This document shows, one piece after another, positions 29,255 through 38,893 of a stretch of 64,000 nt of DNA. The stretch spans positions 92,833 through 156,832 of the forward strand of contig JBAZUU010000003.1 of assembly GCA_041661275.1 (NCBI GenBank), in the 5' to 3' direction. This stretch comes from Parcubacteria group bacterium. Its GTDB lineage: Bacteria > Patescibacteriota > Minisyncoccia > Moranbacterales > UBA2206. Both the position numbers and the translations under genes were made by a program. The notes beneath the pieces were generated by a model. It did no database searches. It had not been told where the DNA came from and worked only from the letters and a program-made list of their open reading frames with translations. How positions within the stretch are numbered: position 1 is the first letter of the stretch; every line of letters begins with the position of its first letter.

Positions 29255-29390
29255 CATTCTGAGCGGAATGATGCCGCTTTAGCGGCAGAATGAAGTCGAA
29301 GAATCTGCCAAATAATATTACTGGTGATATTTTATAGTAGATCCTTCGACTACGTCCCAATAAGAATTGGGACTTCGCTCAGGATGACGG
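29255..29390. mobile_element. MITE-like hairpin element, copy C
   Basis: ccgtcattctgagcgg ... cgctcaggatgacgg. Confidence 0.8.
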
Positions 29391-29415
29391 TATGGTATGG
29401 TTTTAATTTTGAATT

Positions 29416-30669
29416 ATGCATCACTTGATAGTCTCAATCAAACTCGCTTTTAAAAACCTCCGCTCGAACATTGCCCGGACGCTTTTGTCATTGCTTGGCA
29501 TAGTCATCGGCGTGGCGTCTGTCATTCTAGTTTTGTCTTTTGGATCAGGAGTGAAACAATATCTAGTGGATCAGGTTTCTTCCTTTGGAACAGACATAAT
29601 GCAGATCGAAGTGAAAGTGCCGAAAGTCAACAAGATGTCTCAGGCTAATGCTGGTGGGCAAGTGGGTGGAGTGACTATTACTACGCTTAAATTAGAGGAT
29701 GCTCAAAAAATAGCGAAACTTCCCAACATTGATTCTTGGTATGCGATGGTAATCACCCAACAGATAACTAGTTTTGAAAATAAGAAAAAGCAAGCCATGA
29801 TAATTGGAGTGAGTCCAGATGTGACAAAAGCTGACCCAAAAACGGAAATTGATGAGGGACAGATGTTCACCAACGAAGACGATGGCGGCCTGCGACAGGT
29901 GGCGGTTTTGGGCAGCAAGATGAAAGAATATTATTTTGGCAGTGGTGACGCCATCGGTCAGAGCATCAAAGTGAAAGGCCAAACATACAAGGTTATTGGA
30001 ACACTCAAAAGCCGCGGCACAACCGGAGTTTTTTCTTTTGACGATACTCTTTATGTTCCCCTCCAGACAGCGCAGAAAAAACTAGCTGGAATTAATTATA
30101 TCCAAACGATGATTTTTAAACTGAAAGACATGACCAAGCTAGACCTAACTATTGCGCAAGCAACAGACATTATGCGGATACAACACCATATAACTAATCC
30201 GGACGACGATGATTTTGCGGTCAATTCTATTGTGGAAATACTAAATATTTTGAATACGGTTTTCTTTGCGGTAAACGCGCTTCTTCTCGCGCTCACCTCC
30301 ATTTCGCTAGTCGTGGGAGGAGTGGGGATAATGAATGTGATGTACGTGGCGGTAACGGAACGGACGTTTGAAATCGGTCTCAAAAAATCGGTCGGCGCCA
30401 AAAATTTTTCCATTCTCGCGCAATTTCTTTTTGAGGCAGTGTTTCTGACGATCCTTGGCGGCATCATCGGACTTATCGTCGGATTCTTGATTACTAGTGG
30501 AGCGGAAATTATTATCGCCAGTTTTGGCTATAAAATCGGTCTGACAATTACTTGGTGGTCGGTGCTCATCGGCGCCGGATTCTCTGCCGTTGTCGGAATC
30601 CTTTTTGGCTACTGGCCGGCGAGAAATGCGTCAAGAATGACACCGATGGATGCGTTGAGGAGGGAATAA
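29416..30669 (+). CDS. ABC transporter permease (FtsX/MacB-type), second paralogue
   Basis: Same architecture as 28000-29247. Confidence 0.8.
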   Translation: MHHLIVSIKLAFKNLRSNIARTLLSLLGIVIGVASVILVLSFGSGVKQYLVDQVSSFGTDIMQIEVKVPKVNKMSQANAGGQVGGVTITTLKLEDAQKIAKLPNIDSWYAMVITQQITSFENKKKQAMIIGVSPDVTKADPKTEIDEGQMFTNEDDGGLRQVAVLGSKMKEYYFGSGDAIGQSIKVKGQTYKVIGTLKSRGTTGVFSFDDTLYVPLQTAQKKLAGINYIQTMIFKLKDMTKLDLTIAQATDIMRIQHHITNPDDDDFAVNSIVEILNILNTVFFAVNALLLALTSISLVVGGVGIMNVMYVAVTERTFEIGLKKSVGAKNFSILAQFLFEAVFLTILGGIIGLIVGFLITSGAEIIIASFGYKIGLTITWWSVLIGAGFSAVVGILFGYWPARNASRMTPMDALRRE

Positions 30670-30832
30670 ATTCACTTAGACATCACTTAGACATTTGATG
30701 TCTAAGTAGTAATATTTGATTTATTAAGACTTTTTCTATATCATAAGAGCACGTTTTTGTGTCGGTTGGGAGGAGCTGTTTTCGAGGGGGTCGCTCTTTT
30801 TGATTTGAATATTTTTGAGAAGGGAGAGTAAT

Positions 30833-31240
30833 ATGCAAATTAAAATCGATAAACCGCTTGGCGAAAGTAAGCTCGGCAGTACCTTTGGAACAAAATGGAA
30901 CAATCTTCATATGGGTACCACCAGTGCTATAACGTGCATATGCGGGACAAAGCACCCGGAACTTCCTGAAAATGCTGACAGCCTGATGGTTAGCCAGTTT
31001 TTGGGAGCGGAGGTGGTCGAGGAGTGCTGCGGAGCGGTTCTGGACATAGTTTACCAGGAATCCGGCGAGATTTTTGCCACAAGGTTTTTGGAGGAGTTCG
31101 CTGAAAACCCGAGCGATCCCAGATTTGCTGTGTTTAGACTGGAACTAAAGGGAAGTATCGCAGATGCAGTTCGGAAACTTTCCGAAGTCGGTGCTGAACT
31201 GCAAGGGATTGATCAGGACATTCAAAAAATAGGCGAGTAA
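30833..31240 (+). CDS. hypothetical Cys-containing protein (about 135 aa)
   Basis: AGGGAG RBS before the ATG at 30833. It contains the CICG and EECCG motifs. Local GC is elevated. Confidence 0.4.
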   Translation: MQIKIDKPLGESKLGSTFGTKWNNLHMGTTSAITCICGTKHPELPENADSLMVSQFLGAEVVEECCGAVLDIVYQESGEIFATRFLEEFAENPSDPRFAVFRLELKGSIADAVRKLSEVGAELQGIDQDIQKIGE

Positions 31241-31456
31241 CAAATGCCTGCTGTCTTGGCTCGCGTTGCACATCCGTTCATTTGAATAGATGCGCAGCGC
31301 GGGCTGTTTTTATATCGATTTCAAATCATTGACAAATATTGTTTTTTAGTTAATAATAACCTGACATCTATGTATGTCGAGGTTCGTTAAAAATTTGTCA
31401 AAAACCAGGAATTTCCTGTTTACAGTTAATAACCCAACAATCAGAAGGGGATAGAT

Positions 31457-32662
31457 ATGGACGAAAAAGAAGCTATTGAGAATCATCGCTGGCGAGTGAA
31501 TATTTGCCTTTCGGGCAAATGTGATCGGGGATGCCACCATTGCCTTGCCAATGGCAGTATGAATGGCGGATCGTTTTTTACCCTTGAACAGGCGTATATT
31601 CTGGCCAAGAACGTAAAAAAATTTGTCGACACTTTGAACGACAGAAAAATTGATCTGAGGCTTGGATTTGCTTGTACTGGGAACGGCGAAATTATGCTTA
31701 ATTCGCAATATCCGCAAATTTTCGACGTTTTTTTCAACATTGCTTCGGATGTGGAAGCAAGAATTGTTACTTCTGGCGTCGACTCAAATGAGGAAGAGCA
31801 AAGATTGCTTGAAATACTGTCCAGGCCATATGCGAAGAAATTGGAATGGTATTTGAGCTTCAACCTTTTTCAGTCTGGTTTTCCCAAGCGGCTTGTGAGA
31901 ACGTTGAAATTGTTTTTTGAGAATGGTGTGGACAAGGTGATGATTAAGATAACACAAGCACCTCAGGATGTTTATGGAGCGATAAGGAAGCTCAATAGAA
32001 TCATTGAGGGATATTTTGCGAAATGGATCCGGGAAGTTAGGCCGCTCATTATCAGTCTCGATACAGATTTTGTTCCGGTTGATTTTTCAAAATCGACCGA
32101 ACAAATGATGCTGGATTTATTTGACGGCAACCTTTCACCGAATCCGGATATCAGCTCAAGAAATCTACAGGCCACCCTGAAGAATGTCCGATCGCCGACT
32201 AGAGAAACGCTGGGAGGGTTGTTTGTTCATTTGAACACCAACTTCGATCGTGCTTTCCGTTTCGAGACCCGTTACGGAGAGAAGAAAATTGTCTATGCTC
32301 CGCAGCATCTTATCAAGCGCGGTCGAGCAGCCACCCTGAAGAATGTCAGATGGCGATTCCCGGACATCAAAACTCCGTGCAGATATCTCCGCTCAACGGA
32401 AGAAAAAACTTCTCCCATTCACATCGGATCGGATGGGTTCTATTATCCAAGTTGTGATTGTCCGAGTGTTGAAGAAATGCGCATTGGGCATATTAAAGAC
32501 GATATTTCTTCTATGCTTAGTAGTTTCTATGTGTTGCATCGATTGCTGCTGTTTTGCATGATAAAAGATAACCAGTGGTATGACGACATATGCGACCATT
32601 GCATTCATGTCATGCAAAGACTGAGAAATCAGAAATTCCTCAGCGAGATAGGAATCGCATAA
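31457..32662 (+). CDS. radical SAM domain protein with C-terminal Cys-rich (SPASM/twitch-like) region
   Basis: N-terminal CDRGCHHC, as CxxxCxxC, followed by a GNGE (GGE-like) motif. C-terminal cysteines occur at CRYL..SCDC..FCMI..CDHC. Confidence 0.55.
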   Translation: MDEKEAIENHRWRVNICLSGKCDRGCHHCLANGSMNGGSFFTLEQAYILAKNVKKFVDTLNDRKIDLRLGFACTGNGEIMLNSQYPQIFDVFFNIASDVEARIVTSGVDSNEEEQRLLEILSRPYAKKLEWYLSFNLFQSGFPKRLVRTLKLFFENGVDKVMIKITQAPQDVYGAIRKLNRIIEGYFAKWIREVRPLIISLDTDFVPVDFSKSTEQMMLDLFDGNLSPNPDISSRNLQATLKNVRSPTRETLGGLFVHLNTNFDRAFRFETRYGEKKIVYAPQHLIKRGRAATLKNVRWRFPDIKTPCRYLRSTEEKTSPIHIGSDGFYYPSCDCPSVEEMRIGHIKDDISSMLSSFYVLHRLLLFCMIKDNQWYDDICDHCIHVMQRLRNQKFLSEIGIA

Positions 32663-32813
32663 AATAGTCCCTCCGACCCCTTGCGGCCGGCGGGATTTTT
32701 CTTTATTCTAAAAATCAACAATATTACGCAATATTTTCCAAATTTTGCAACTTGTACATTTTTCTTATTGTGATAATCTATAAATACCGAGGTAAATGGC
32801 CTAAAAATATTTT

Positions 32814-33224
32814 ATGGACGAAATCAAAAATGTTGACGACTATGTCAATGACGCAAAAACGAAAGAAATTCACGACGGAGATGATAATGGAAATACAAAA
32901 AGAGGGAAAAGAGATTATTATATTGAATTAGCGCTGTTTTTGATTTTAGGAATTCTTCTGGGTGTGGCTATAAAAACAGAAGCGGTCAAAAAAGTGACGA
33001 TCGGATTCAATGATTATAAAATGAAAATCATGAATCAGGATTTTGATATAAACAAATTGGAAAAAGACGCGCTGGCCAAGCAAATGGAAGCAGCCAAACA
33101 AGATCAGGCAAATGGCGCGGCGCAAAATCCTGGAGATAATACTTCCGGTACGGATTCTAATGTTCCAGCGCAGGATAACGCGCAAAATAATACGCCAAGC
33201 GACAATAATTCACAAAATCAATAA
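32814..33224 (+). CDS. membrane-anchored protein with Asn/Gln-rich tail
   Basis: One TM helix and a low-complexity C-terminus. Confidence 0.35.
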   Translation: MDEIKNVDDYVNDAKTKEIHDGDDNGNTKRGKRDYYIELALFLILGILLGVAIKTEAVKKVTIGFNDYKMKIMNQDFDINKLEKDALAKQMEAAKQDQANGAAQNPGDNTSGTDSNVPAQDNAQNNTPSDNNSQNQ

Positions 33225-33243
33225 ATAATTATTTTTTAAATCT

Positions 33244-34317
33244 ATGGAAGACACTAAAAAAGGGGAGGAAAAGTGTAATTGCGGGAGCGCTGACTGCAAA
33301 GATTGCCAGTGTGCGAAAAGAACAAAAAATTTAATTTCCATTGCTATTCTTCTGGCTGGACTTCTTATTGGAAGTATTTTTGTTGATGTGGCGCAACTGA
33401 TGAAAGGCAGTGGATATTCTACAAAGAATCTAAATAAATCGGACATTTTTGAATCTTCCGGAAAAACCTGGGTGGCTTATGGCGATCCGGCTGTACCTGT
33501 GACTATCATCAATGACGATTCTTGCGAGAAATGCGACGTGACGGAGCCGGTAGTCTGGCTAAAACGTGTCTTGCCGACCATCAGTACCAAAAAAGTCAGT
33601 TATGACAGCGCCGAAGGAAAAAGCTTGATCGATAAATTTAGCATCAAAACTCTGCCGGCATTTATTTTTGATCCGGCTATAGCAAAAACTGAATTCTTTA
33701 CGCAAGCGGCGGTTATTTTTGATCAGAAAAACGGACAGTATGTTCTGAAAAATCAAGAATTAGGATTGCCAGCCGGGAAATATCTGGCGCTTCCGGACAT
33801 TTCTGAAGGTGACGCAACATTTGGGAAAACCGATTCCAACGTGAAGGTTGTGGTTTTCTCTGATTTCCAATGTCCATATTGCAAAATTCTTTATTCTACA
33901 TTACGGACTACGATGAAGCAATATAGCGACAAAGTCTATTTTGCCTATAAACATTTGCCGCTCGACATTCATTCTCAAGCTAACAATGCTGCTTTGGCAT
34001 CGGAATGCGCGCAGGATCAGGGAAAATTCTGGGAATATGCGGACAAGCTATATCAAAATCAGACATCCTGGTCAAACACAAAAGACGTGGCTAGTTTTAA
34101 AACTTATGCCAGACAGACTGCTGGTATAGATACTGCAAAATTTAACACTTGTCTAGACGACAAAAAGTTCCAGGACAAAATCGATGCTGACAAGAAAGAA
34201 GCGGGAGATTTCGGAATTTCCGGAACACCGGCAATTTTCATCAATGACCAGTTCGAAAATGGAGCAATGACTGCTGATCAGATGAAGCAGGCGATTGATT
34301 CAAAGTTGGCACAGTAA
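33244..34317 (+). CDS. DsbA-like thiol-disulfide oxidoreductase, double thioredoxin fold, Cys-rich N-terminus
   Basis: CEKC and CPYC CxxC motifs. The N-terminus is CNCGSADCKDCQC followed by a TM helix. Confidence 0.7.
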   Translation: MEDTKKGEEKCNCGSADCKDCQCAKRTKNLISIAILLAGLLIGSIFVDVAQLMKGSGYSTKNLNKSDIFESSGKTWVAYGDPAVPVTIINDDSCEKCDVTEPVVWLKRVLPTISTKKVSYDSAEGKSLIDKFSIKTLPAFIFDPAIAKTEFFTQAAVIFDQKNGQYVLKNQELGLPAGKYLALPDISEGDATFGKTDSNVKVVVFSDFQCPYCKILYSTLRTTMKQYSDKVYFAYKHLPLDIHSQANNAALASECAQDQGKFWEYADKLYQNQTSWSNTKDVASFKTYARQTAGIDTAKFNTCLDDKKFQDKIDADKKEAGDFGISGTPAIFINDQFENGAMTADQMKQAIDSKLAQ

Positions 34318-34400
34318 GGCCACTGAGTTTCTTAGGATTATTAAGTAGCTTAAGGCCAAGGCGGGTTTGAAACCCGCCTTTGCTGTGTTATAATAAGAAA

Positions 34401-34970
34401 ATGAAAAATGGCAAAGATATTTTTGAAATAATCTTTCATGCCCGCGGTGGGCAAGGAGCGAAATCGGCTGCGGAGATTTTGGCGCAGGCGGCGCTCCATG
34501 AAGGAAAATTTGTCCAGGCTTTTCCCAGTTTCGGGCCGGAAAGATCGGGTGCGCCGACAAAAACTTATGTTAGAATATCTAACCATGAAATTCGCACGCG
34601 CGAACCTATTGTTGATCCTGATATTGTCATAGTTTTGGATGAAACACTTCTTGAAGCAACAAAAGTAACGGAAGGACTGGATAAAAATGAAGCGCTGATA
34701 ATAAACAGCCAAAAACCAGCGCATGAGATCGGTGAAATGATAAAATTCAACGGAAAAATTTATCCTGTCGATGCCAACGGAATTTCCATGGAAATCGTCG
34801 GTCAGCCTCGACCAAACACGGTCATTCTCGGGAAGATTGTCAAAATCGCGGAAATAGTAAAATTGGAGAGTGTTGTCTCAGAATTCAGGAAAATTTTTGA
34901 GGGAAAAATTGGGAAAGAAAATTGTGATAAGAATATTTTAGCGATAGAGCGGGCTTATGACACAATATAA
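34401..34970 (+). CDS. porG: pyruvate/2-oxoacid:ferredoxin oxidoreductase gamma subunit
   Basis: IIFHARGGQGAKSAAEILAQAA. A terminator and an extended -10 (tgtgttataat) lie upstream. Confidence 0.8.
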   Translation: MKNGKDIFEIIFHARGGQGAKSAAEILAQAALHEGKFVQAFPSFGPERSGAPTKTYVRISNHEIRTREPIVDPDIVIVLDETLLEATKVTEGLDKNEALIINSQKPAHEIGEMIKFNGKIYPVDANGISMEIVGQPRPNTVILGKIVKIAEIVKLESVVSEFRKIFEGKIGKENCDKNILAIERAYDTI

Positions 34971-35065
34971 TCAGAACCACTGATTTTCACGTGATTAAAA
35001 TGATTCCACTGAATTTAAAAAAATCATGTGTAATCAGGATAATCAGTGATAATCTGTGGTTCAGA
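34971..35065. repeat. GAACCACTGATT / CACGTGA / AATCAGTG words plus the 20-mer GTGATAATCTGTGGTTCAGA before porD
   Basis: Direct reading. The 20-mer is identical to 15009-15028. Confidence 0.8.
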
Positions 35066-35070
35066 TATTT

Positions 35071-35316
35071 ATGGAGTTAGGCGCAATAATAAAACACGAT
35101 CAGGCTAAAGCCCCAAAGACCGGCTCTTGGCGGTATATGAAGCCGGAAGTCGATAAATCAAAATGTATCGGTTGTTCAACGTGCGTGCCGTATTGTCCGG
35201 AAGCGACGATTGAGATAGTTGATAAAAAAGCGGAAATTGATTTTGAATATTGCAAAGGTTGTGGCGTCTGCGCGCAGGTGTGCCCAGCGAAGGCAATATT
35301 AATGAAGAAATCATGA
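35071..35316 (+). CDS. porD: PFOR delta subunit (2x[4Fe-4S] ferredoxin)
   Basis: CIGCSTCVPYCP and CKGCGVCAQVCP. The ORF-track start is a GTG inside the 20-mer. Confidence 0.8.
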   Translation: MELGAIIKHDQAKAPKTGSWRYMKPEVDKSKCIGCSTCVPYCPEATIEIVDKKAEIDFEYCKGCGVCAQVCPAKAILMKKS

Positions 35317-36452
35317 CAAAAAATACTAAAAAATTAGCTCTAACGGGTGCCTATGCGGGTGCGGAGGCTTTGAAGCAAATAAATCCCGACGTTATGGCTG
35401 TGTATCCTATCACGCCTCAAACGCCGATCATTGAATCTTATGCTAAATTTTGCGCTGATGGAGAAGTGGAAACGGAAATGATCGAGGTAGAATCAGAGCA
35501 TAGCGCCATGAGCGCCTGTGTTGGATCTTCCGCGGCTGGTGCGAGAACGGTGACAGCATCGAGTTCACAAGGCCTGGCCTTGATGAACGAGGTTTTATAT
35601 ATCGCCAGTGGACTGCGACTACCAATTTTGATGCTGGTTTCCGCGCGAGCGTTGGCCGCGCCACTTAATATCCATGGTGATCATTCTGACGTCATGGGCT
35701 GCCGCGACAGTGGTTGGATCCAAATTTTTTGTGCTAATTCGCAGGAAGTTTATGATAAAACTATTTGCGCAATGTTATTGGCGGAAAAGGTAAAACTTCC
35801 AGTTATGGTTATTATGGACGGATTCAACACATCACACTGTGTGGAAAATATGGAGATTTTGGATGCGGATGCGGTCAAAAATTTTGTGGGGGAATATAAT
35901 CCGGAACAGTATCTTTTAGATATAGACAACCCAATCACAGTCGGGCCGGTGGCGTTGCAAAATTCCTATTTTGAATTTAGGCGTGATCTAGAGGATGCGT
36001 TCGAAAATGTGCAAGGGGAGCTGGAAAAAATATACGATGATTATGAAAAAATTTCCGGAAGGAAATATGGAGTGGTAGAAGAATATAAACTAGAAAATGC
36101 CGACAAGGTTCTGGTGGTGATGGGGTCAGTGGCGGGAACGATAAAAGATGCTATAGATGAACTAGAAAAAAGTGGTGAAAAAGTAGGACTTTTGGAAGTT
36201 AGCATGTTCCGTCCGTTTCCGTATGAAACAATTAAAAATGCCATTCATCATGTTTCCGATAAGGCAAAAGAAGTGATAGTTCTCGACCGAAATCTGACAT
36301 TTGGCACGAAACAGGTTTTGGCGTCAGAAATAACCCATGCTATCAAAAAAGAAGTGCGAAGCGTGGTTTATGGGTTGGGCGGAAGAGATACGTTTAAGAA
36401 GCAGATAATTGAATTAGTAGAGGGGAAAAATGAAACCGGTTTTATAATGTAA
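35313..36452 (+). CDS. porA: PFOR alpha subunit
   Basis: LTGAYAGAEALKQINPDVMAVYPITPQT. The start ATGA overlaps the porD stop. Confidence 0.85.
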   Translation: MTKNTKKLALTGAYAGAEALKQINPDVMAVYPITPQTPIIESYAKFCADGEVETEMIEVESEHSAMSACVGSSAAGARTVTASSSQGLALMNEVLYIASGLRLPILMLVSARALAAPLNIHGDHSDVMGCRDSGWIQIFCANSQEVYDKTICAMLLAEKVKLPVMVIMDGFNTSHCVENMEILDADAVKNFVGEYNPEQYLLDIDNPITVGPVALQNSYFEFRRDLEDAFENVQGELEKIYDDYEKISGRKYGVVEEYKLENADKVLVVMGSVAGTIKDAIDELEKSGEKVGLLEVSMFRPFPYETIKNAIHHVSDKAKEVIVLDRNLTFGTKQVLASEITHAIKKEVRSVVYGLGGRDTFKKQIIELVEGKNETGFIM

Positions 36453-36464
36453 AACCTCTCTGTC

Positions 36465-36504
36465 ATAATAAGAATTATGACATCTCTCCTTGGAAAGGAG
36501 AGAA
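36465..36504 (+). terminator. nested-hairpin element after porA
   Basis: cctctc-TGTCATAAtaagaaTTATGACA-tctctcc-ttggaaa-ggagaga. Confidence 0.5.
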
Positions 36505-36523
36505 TGATAATGAAAAAATTTCT

Positions 36524-37429
36524 ATGAATAAAGATCTGACAAAACATCATGCTCCTGGACACAGCGCTTGCGCGGGGTGCGCGTTTCCGACGATTGCTAG
36601 AACCGTGTTGAATGAAGCTGGTGGTCCGGTGGTTGTGGCTAATGCTACAGGGTGTTTGGAAGTAACATCAACTTTGTATCCATACACCGCTTGGAAAGTG
36701 CCATATATTCACAGTGCTTTTGAAAACGCGTCAGCCACCATTTCTGGAGTGGAAAGAGCACATAAAATCTTGAGCCAAAAAGGAAAAGTAAAAAAGGAAA
36801 CCAAGTTCGTTGTTTTCGGTGGAGATGGCGGGACATATGACATCGGATTACAAAGCCTGTCAGGCGCACTTGAACGTGGTCATGATTTTCTTTATGTCTG
36901 CTATGACAACGGAGGATATATGAATACCGGCAATCAGAGATCGTCCGCCACGCCATATGGTGCGGCGACAGAAACGACACCGACCGGAAAACAGTCTTTT
37001 GGAAAGATGGAAGTGCGCAAAAACTTGATGGAAATAGTGAAAGCGCACGGCGTGAAATATCTGGCGCAAGCTAATGTAGCTAATCTTCCTGATCTCAAGA
37101 AAAAGGCCAAGAAAGCCTTTGAAACCAAAGGGCCGACATTCCTTTTGGTTTTTTCACCTTGCACTAATAATTGGAAATTCCCCACATCTGAATACGTCAA
37201 AATTGCCAAATTGGCGACGGAAACCAATTTCTGGCCACTATATGAAATTGAGAATGGAAAGTATAAAATTAACACCGCTCCGACGGATCCAAAGCCAGTC
37301 TCAGAATTTTTGAAAACCCAAGGACGTTTCAAACATCTATTCTCCGAAAAAAATAAACCAGTCCTTGAAGAAATCCAAAAAATGATCAACACGGAATTTG
37401 CGCGGATAGCTGAATTGACGGGTAATTAA
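36524..37429 (+). CDS. porB: PFOR beta subunit (TPP-binding)
   Basis: GHSACAGCAFPTIAR and GGDGGTYDIG motifs. Confidence 0.85.
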   Translation: MNKDLTKHHAPGHSACAGCAFPTIARTVLNEAGGPVVVANATGCLEVTSTLYPYTAWKVPYIHSAFENASATISGVERAHKILSQKGKVKKETKFVVFGGDGGTYDIGLQSLSGALERGHDFLYVCYDNGGYMNTGNQRSSATPYGAATETTPTGKQSFGKMEVRKNLMEIVKAHGVKYLAQANVANLPDLKKKAKKAFETKGPTFLLVFSPCTNNWKFPTSEYVKIAKLATETNFWPLYEIENGKYKINTAPTDPKPVSEFLKTQGRFKHLFSEKNKPVLEEIQKMINTEFARIAELTGN

Positions 37430-37453
37430 GAGGTTGAAGAATTTATCCAAGAG

Positions 37454-37503
37454 CCCTCTCTGTCAGCCGAAGACGGCTGACATCTCTCCCAAAGGGAGAG
37501 AGG
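37454..37503 (+). terminator. nested-hairpin element after porB
   Basis: ccctctc-TGTCAGCCgaagACGGCTGACA-tctctccc-aaa-gggagagaggg. Confidence 0.5.
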
Positions 37504-37516
37504 GAAATACTTTTTG

Positions 37517-37588
37517 AGCCGTCCATCGGACTTGAACCGATAACCTATGGTTTACGATACCATTGCTCTACCATTGAGCTAGGACGGC
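37517..37588 (-). tRNA. tRNA-Thr (anticodon CGT)
   Basis: The reverse complement folds as GCCGTCC/GGACGGC acceptor, GCTC/GAGC D-stem, ATGGT-ATCGTAA-ACCAT anticodon arm and ATCGG-TTCAAGT-CCGAT T-arm. No CCA is encoded. Confidence 0.8.
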
Positions 37589-37630
37589 GACTTATGTATC
37601 ATATATAAATAATCAAAATAATTCAACATT

Positions 37631-38146
37631 ATGAAACTTTACATCTGTGAAATTTGCGGTGATGCTTATATTGGTACGGAAAAACCGTCGGACTGCCCAT
37701 ATTGTGGGGCGAAAAATAATTTTATCAAGCTGGCGGATGAGGCGCAGCCGATAATCAACGTAAAATCCGAGATAAGCGAGCAATCCAGGAAAAACTTGAT
37801 GGAAACACTGGCGCTGGAAACGCGAGCCAATGCTATTTATATTTGTATGGCCGAGAAAGCATCGGAATACAAGTTTAACAAAATGTATAAGCGTTTGGCC
37901 AAAGTAGAATTGGAACACGCAATAATTGTCACGAAACTTTTGGGAATTCCAATGCCGGAAATAAATCCGGAAACATGCGCTTCGGATCTCAAAGAGAATT
38001 TCCAAAAAACTATTGAATTGGAAGACCACGCGACAGAAATATATAAAAAATTTGCGGCTGTTTCCACAGAAGACCATATCCGGAAATTCTTCGGGGCTCT
38101 CACGCAGGTAGAACAGGGACATATTGATCTCATAAAATCTTTATAA
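37631..38146 (+). CDS. rubrerythrin with N-terminal rubredoxin-like Cys4 domain ('reverse' arrangement)
   Basis: CEICG...CPYCG followed by a ferritin-like E..E..H diiron region. Confidence 0.8.
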   Translation: MKLYICEICGDAYIGTEKPSDCPYCGAKNNFIKLADEAQPIINVKSEISEQSRKNLMETLALETRANAIYICMAEKASEYKFNKMYKRLAKVELEHAIIVTKLLGIPMPEINPETCASDLKENFQKTIELEDHATEIYKKFAAVSTEDHIRKFFGALTQVEQGHIDLIKSL

Positions 38147-38892
38147 TGCTTAACGTTTGGTTATATACAATCATATCCGTCTTTGTTGTCAGTCTGATCT
38201 CACTCATCGGCGTTTTCACATTGTCTATCGACCAAAAAAAGTTATATAAATATCTCATTTATTTTGTCAGCCTTTCTGCCGGAACACTCATGGGAGACGC
38301 TTTTATCCATCTTATTCCAGAGGCGTATAAATCAGAAAATAGCGCTTCCGTTTCTATTTATATTTTGTCCGGCATTTTGATGTTTTTTATTTTGGAAAAA
38401 ATTCTTCACTGGCGGCATTGCCATGAGGAACCCTGCGAAGATCATCCTCATCCTTTTTCATATGTCATTCTCGTCGGTGACGCGGTGCATAATTCCATTG
38501 ATGGGATGGTTATTGCGGCTAGTTTTTTGGTGAGCATTCCGATCGGCATCGCTACAGCTATTGCTGTCATCTTTCACGAAATTCCTCATGAAATAGGCAA
38601 TTTTGGCTCGTTAGTCTATGGCGGATTTACCAGGTCAAAAGCCTTGATGTATAATTTTCTAAGCGCTATCTTTGCCATTCTGGGAGCAGTGCTGGTTTTA
38701 GTTATTAACATTACCGATGGTAGTCTAACCCGCTTTCTCATTCCTTTCGCGGCCGGTGGATTTGTCTATATCGCCGGAACGGATTTGATTCCGGAGCTGC
38801 ACAAGCATACGGAAATAAGAAAGGGAATTGCGCAGCTTCTGGCGTTTGTGCTGGGGATAGGACTGATGTTGGGACTTTTAATGTTGGAATAA
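38146..38892 (+). CDS. ZIP-family metal transporter
   Basis: HEIPHEIGNFG motif and a His-rich loop. Confidence 0.8.
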   Translation: MLNVWLYTIISVFVVSLISLIGVFTLSIDQKKLYKYLIYFVSLSAGTLMGDAFIHLIPEAYKSENSASVSIYILSGILMFFILEKILHWRHCHEEPCEDHPHPFSYVILVGDAVHNSIDGMVIAASFLVSIPIGIATAIAVIFHEIPHEIGNFGSLVYGGFTRSKALMYNFLSAIFAILGAVLVLVINITDGSLTRFLIPFAAGGFVYIAGTDLIPELHKHTEIRKGIAQLLAFVLGIGLMLGLLMLE

Positions 38893-38893
38893 T

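Noticed and set aside
31346-31863. Two minus-strand ORFs overlapping the radical-SAM gene
   Set aside because: They are antisense to an ORF with a CxxxCxxC motif and an RBS. No support.
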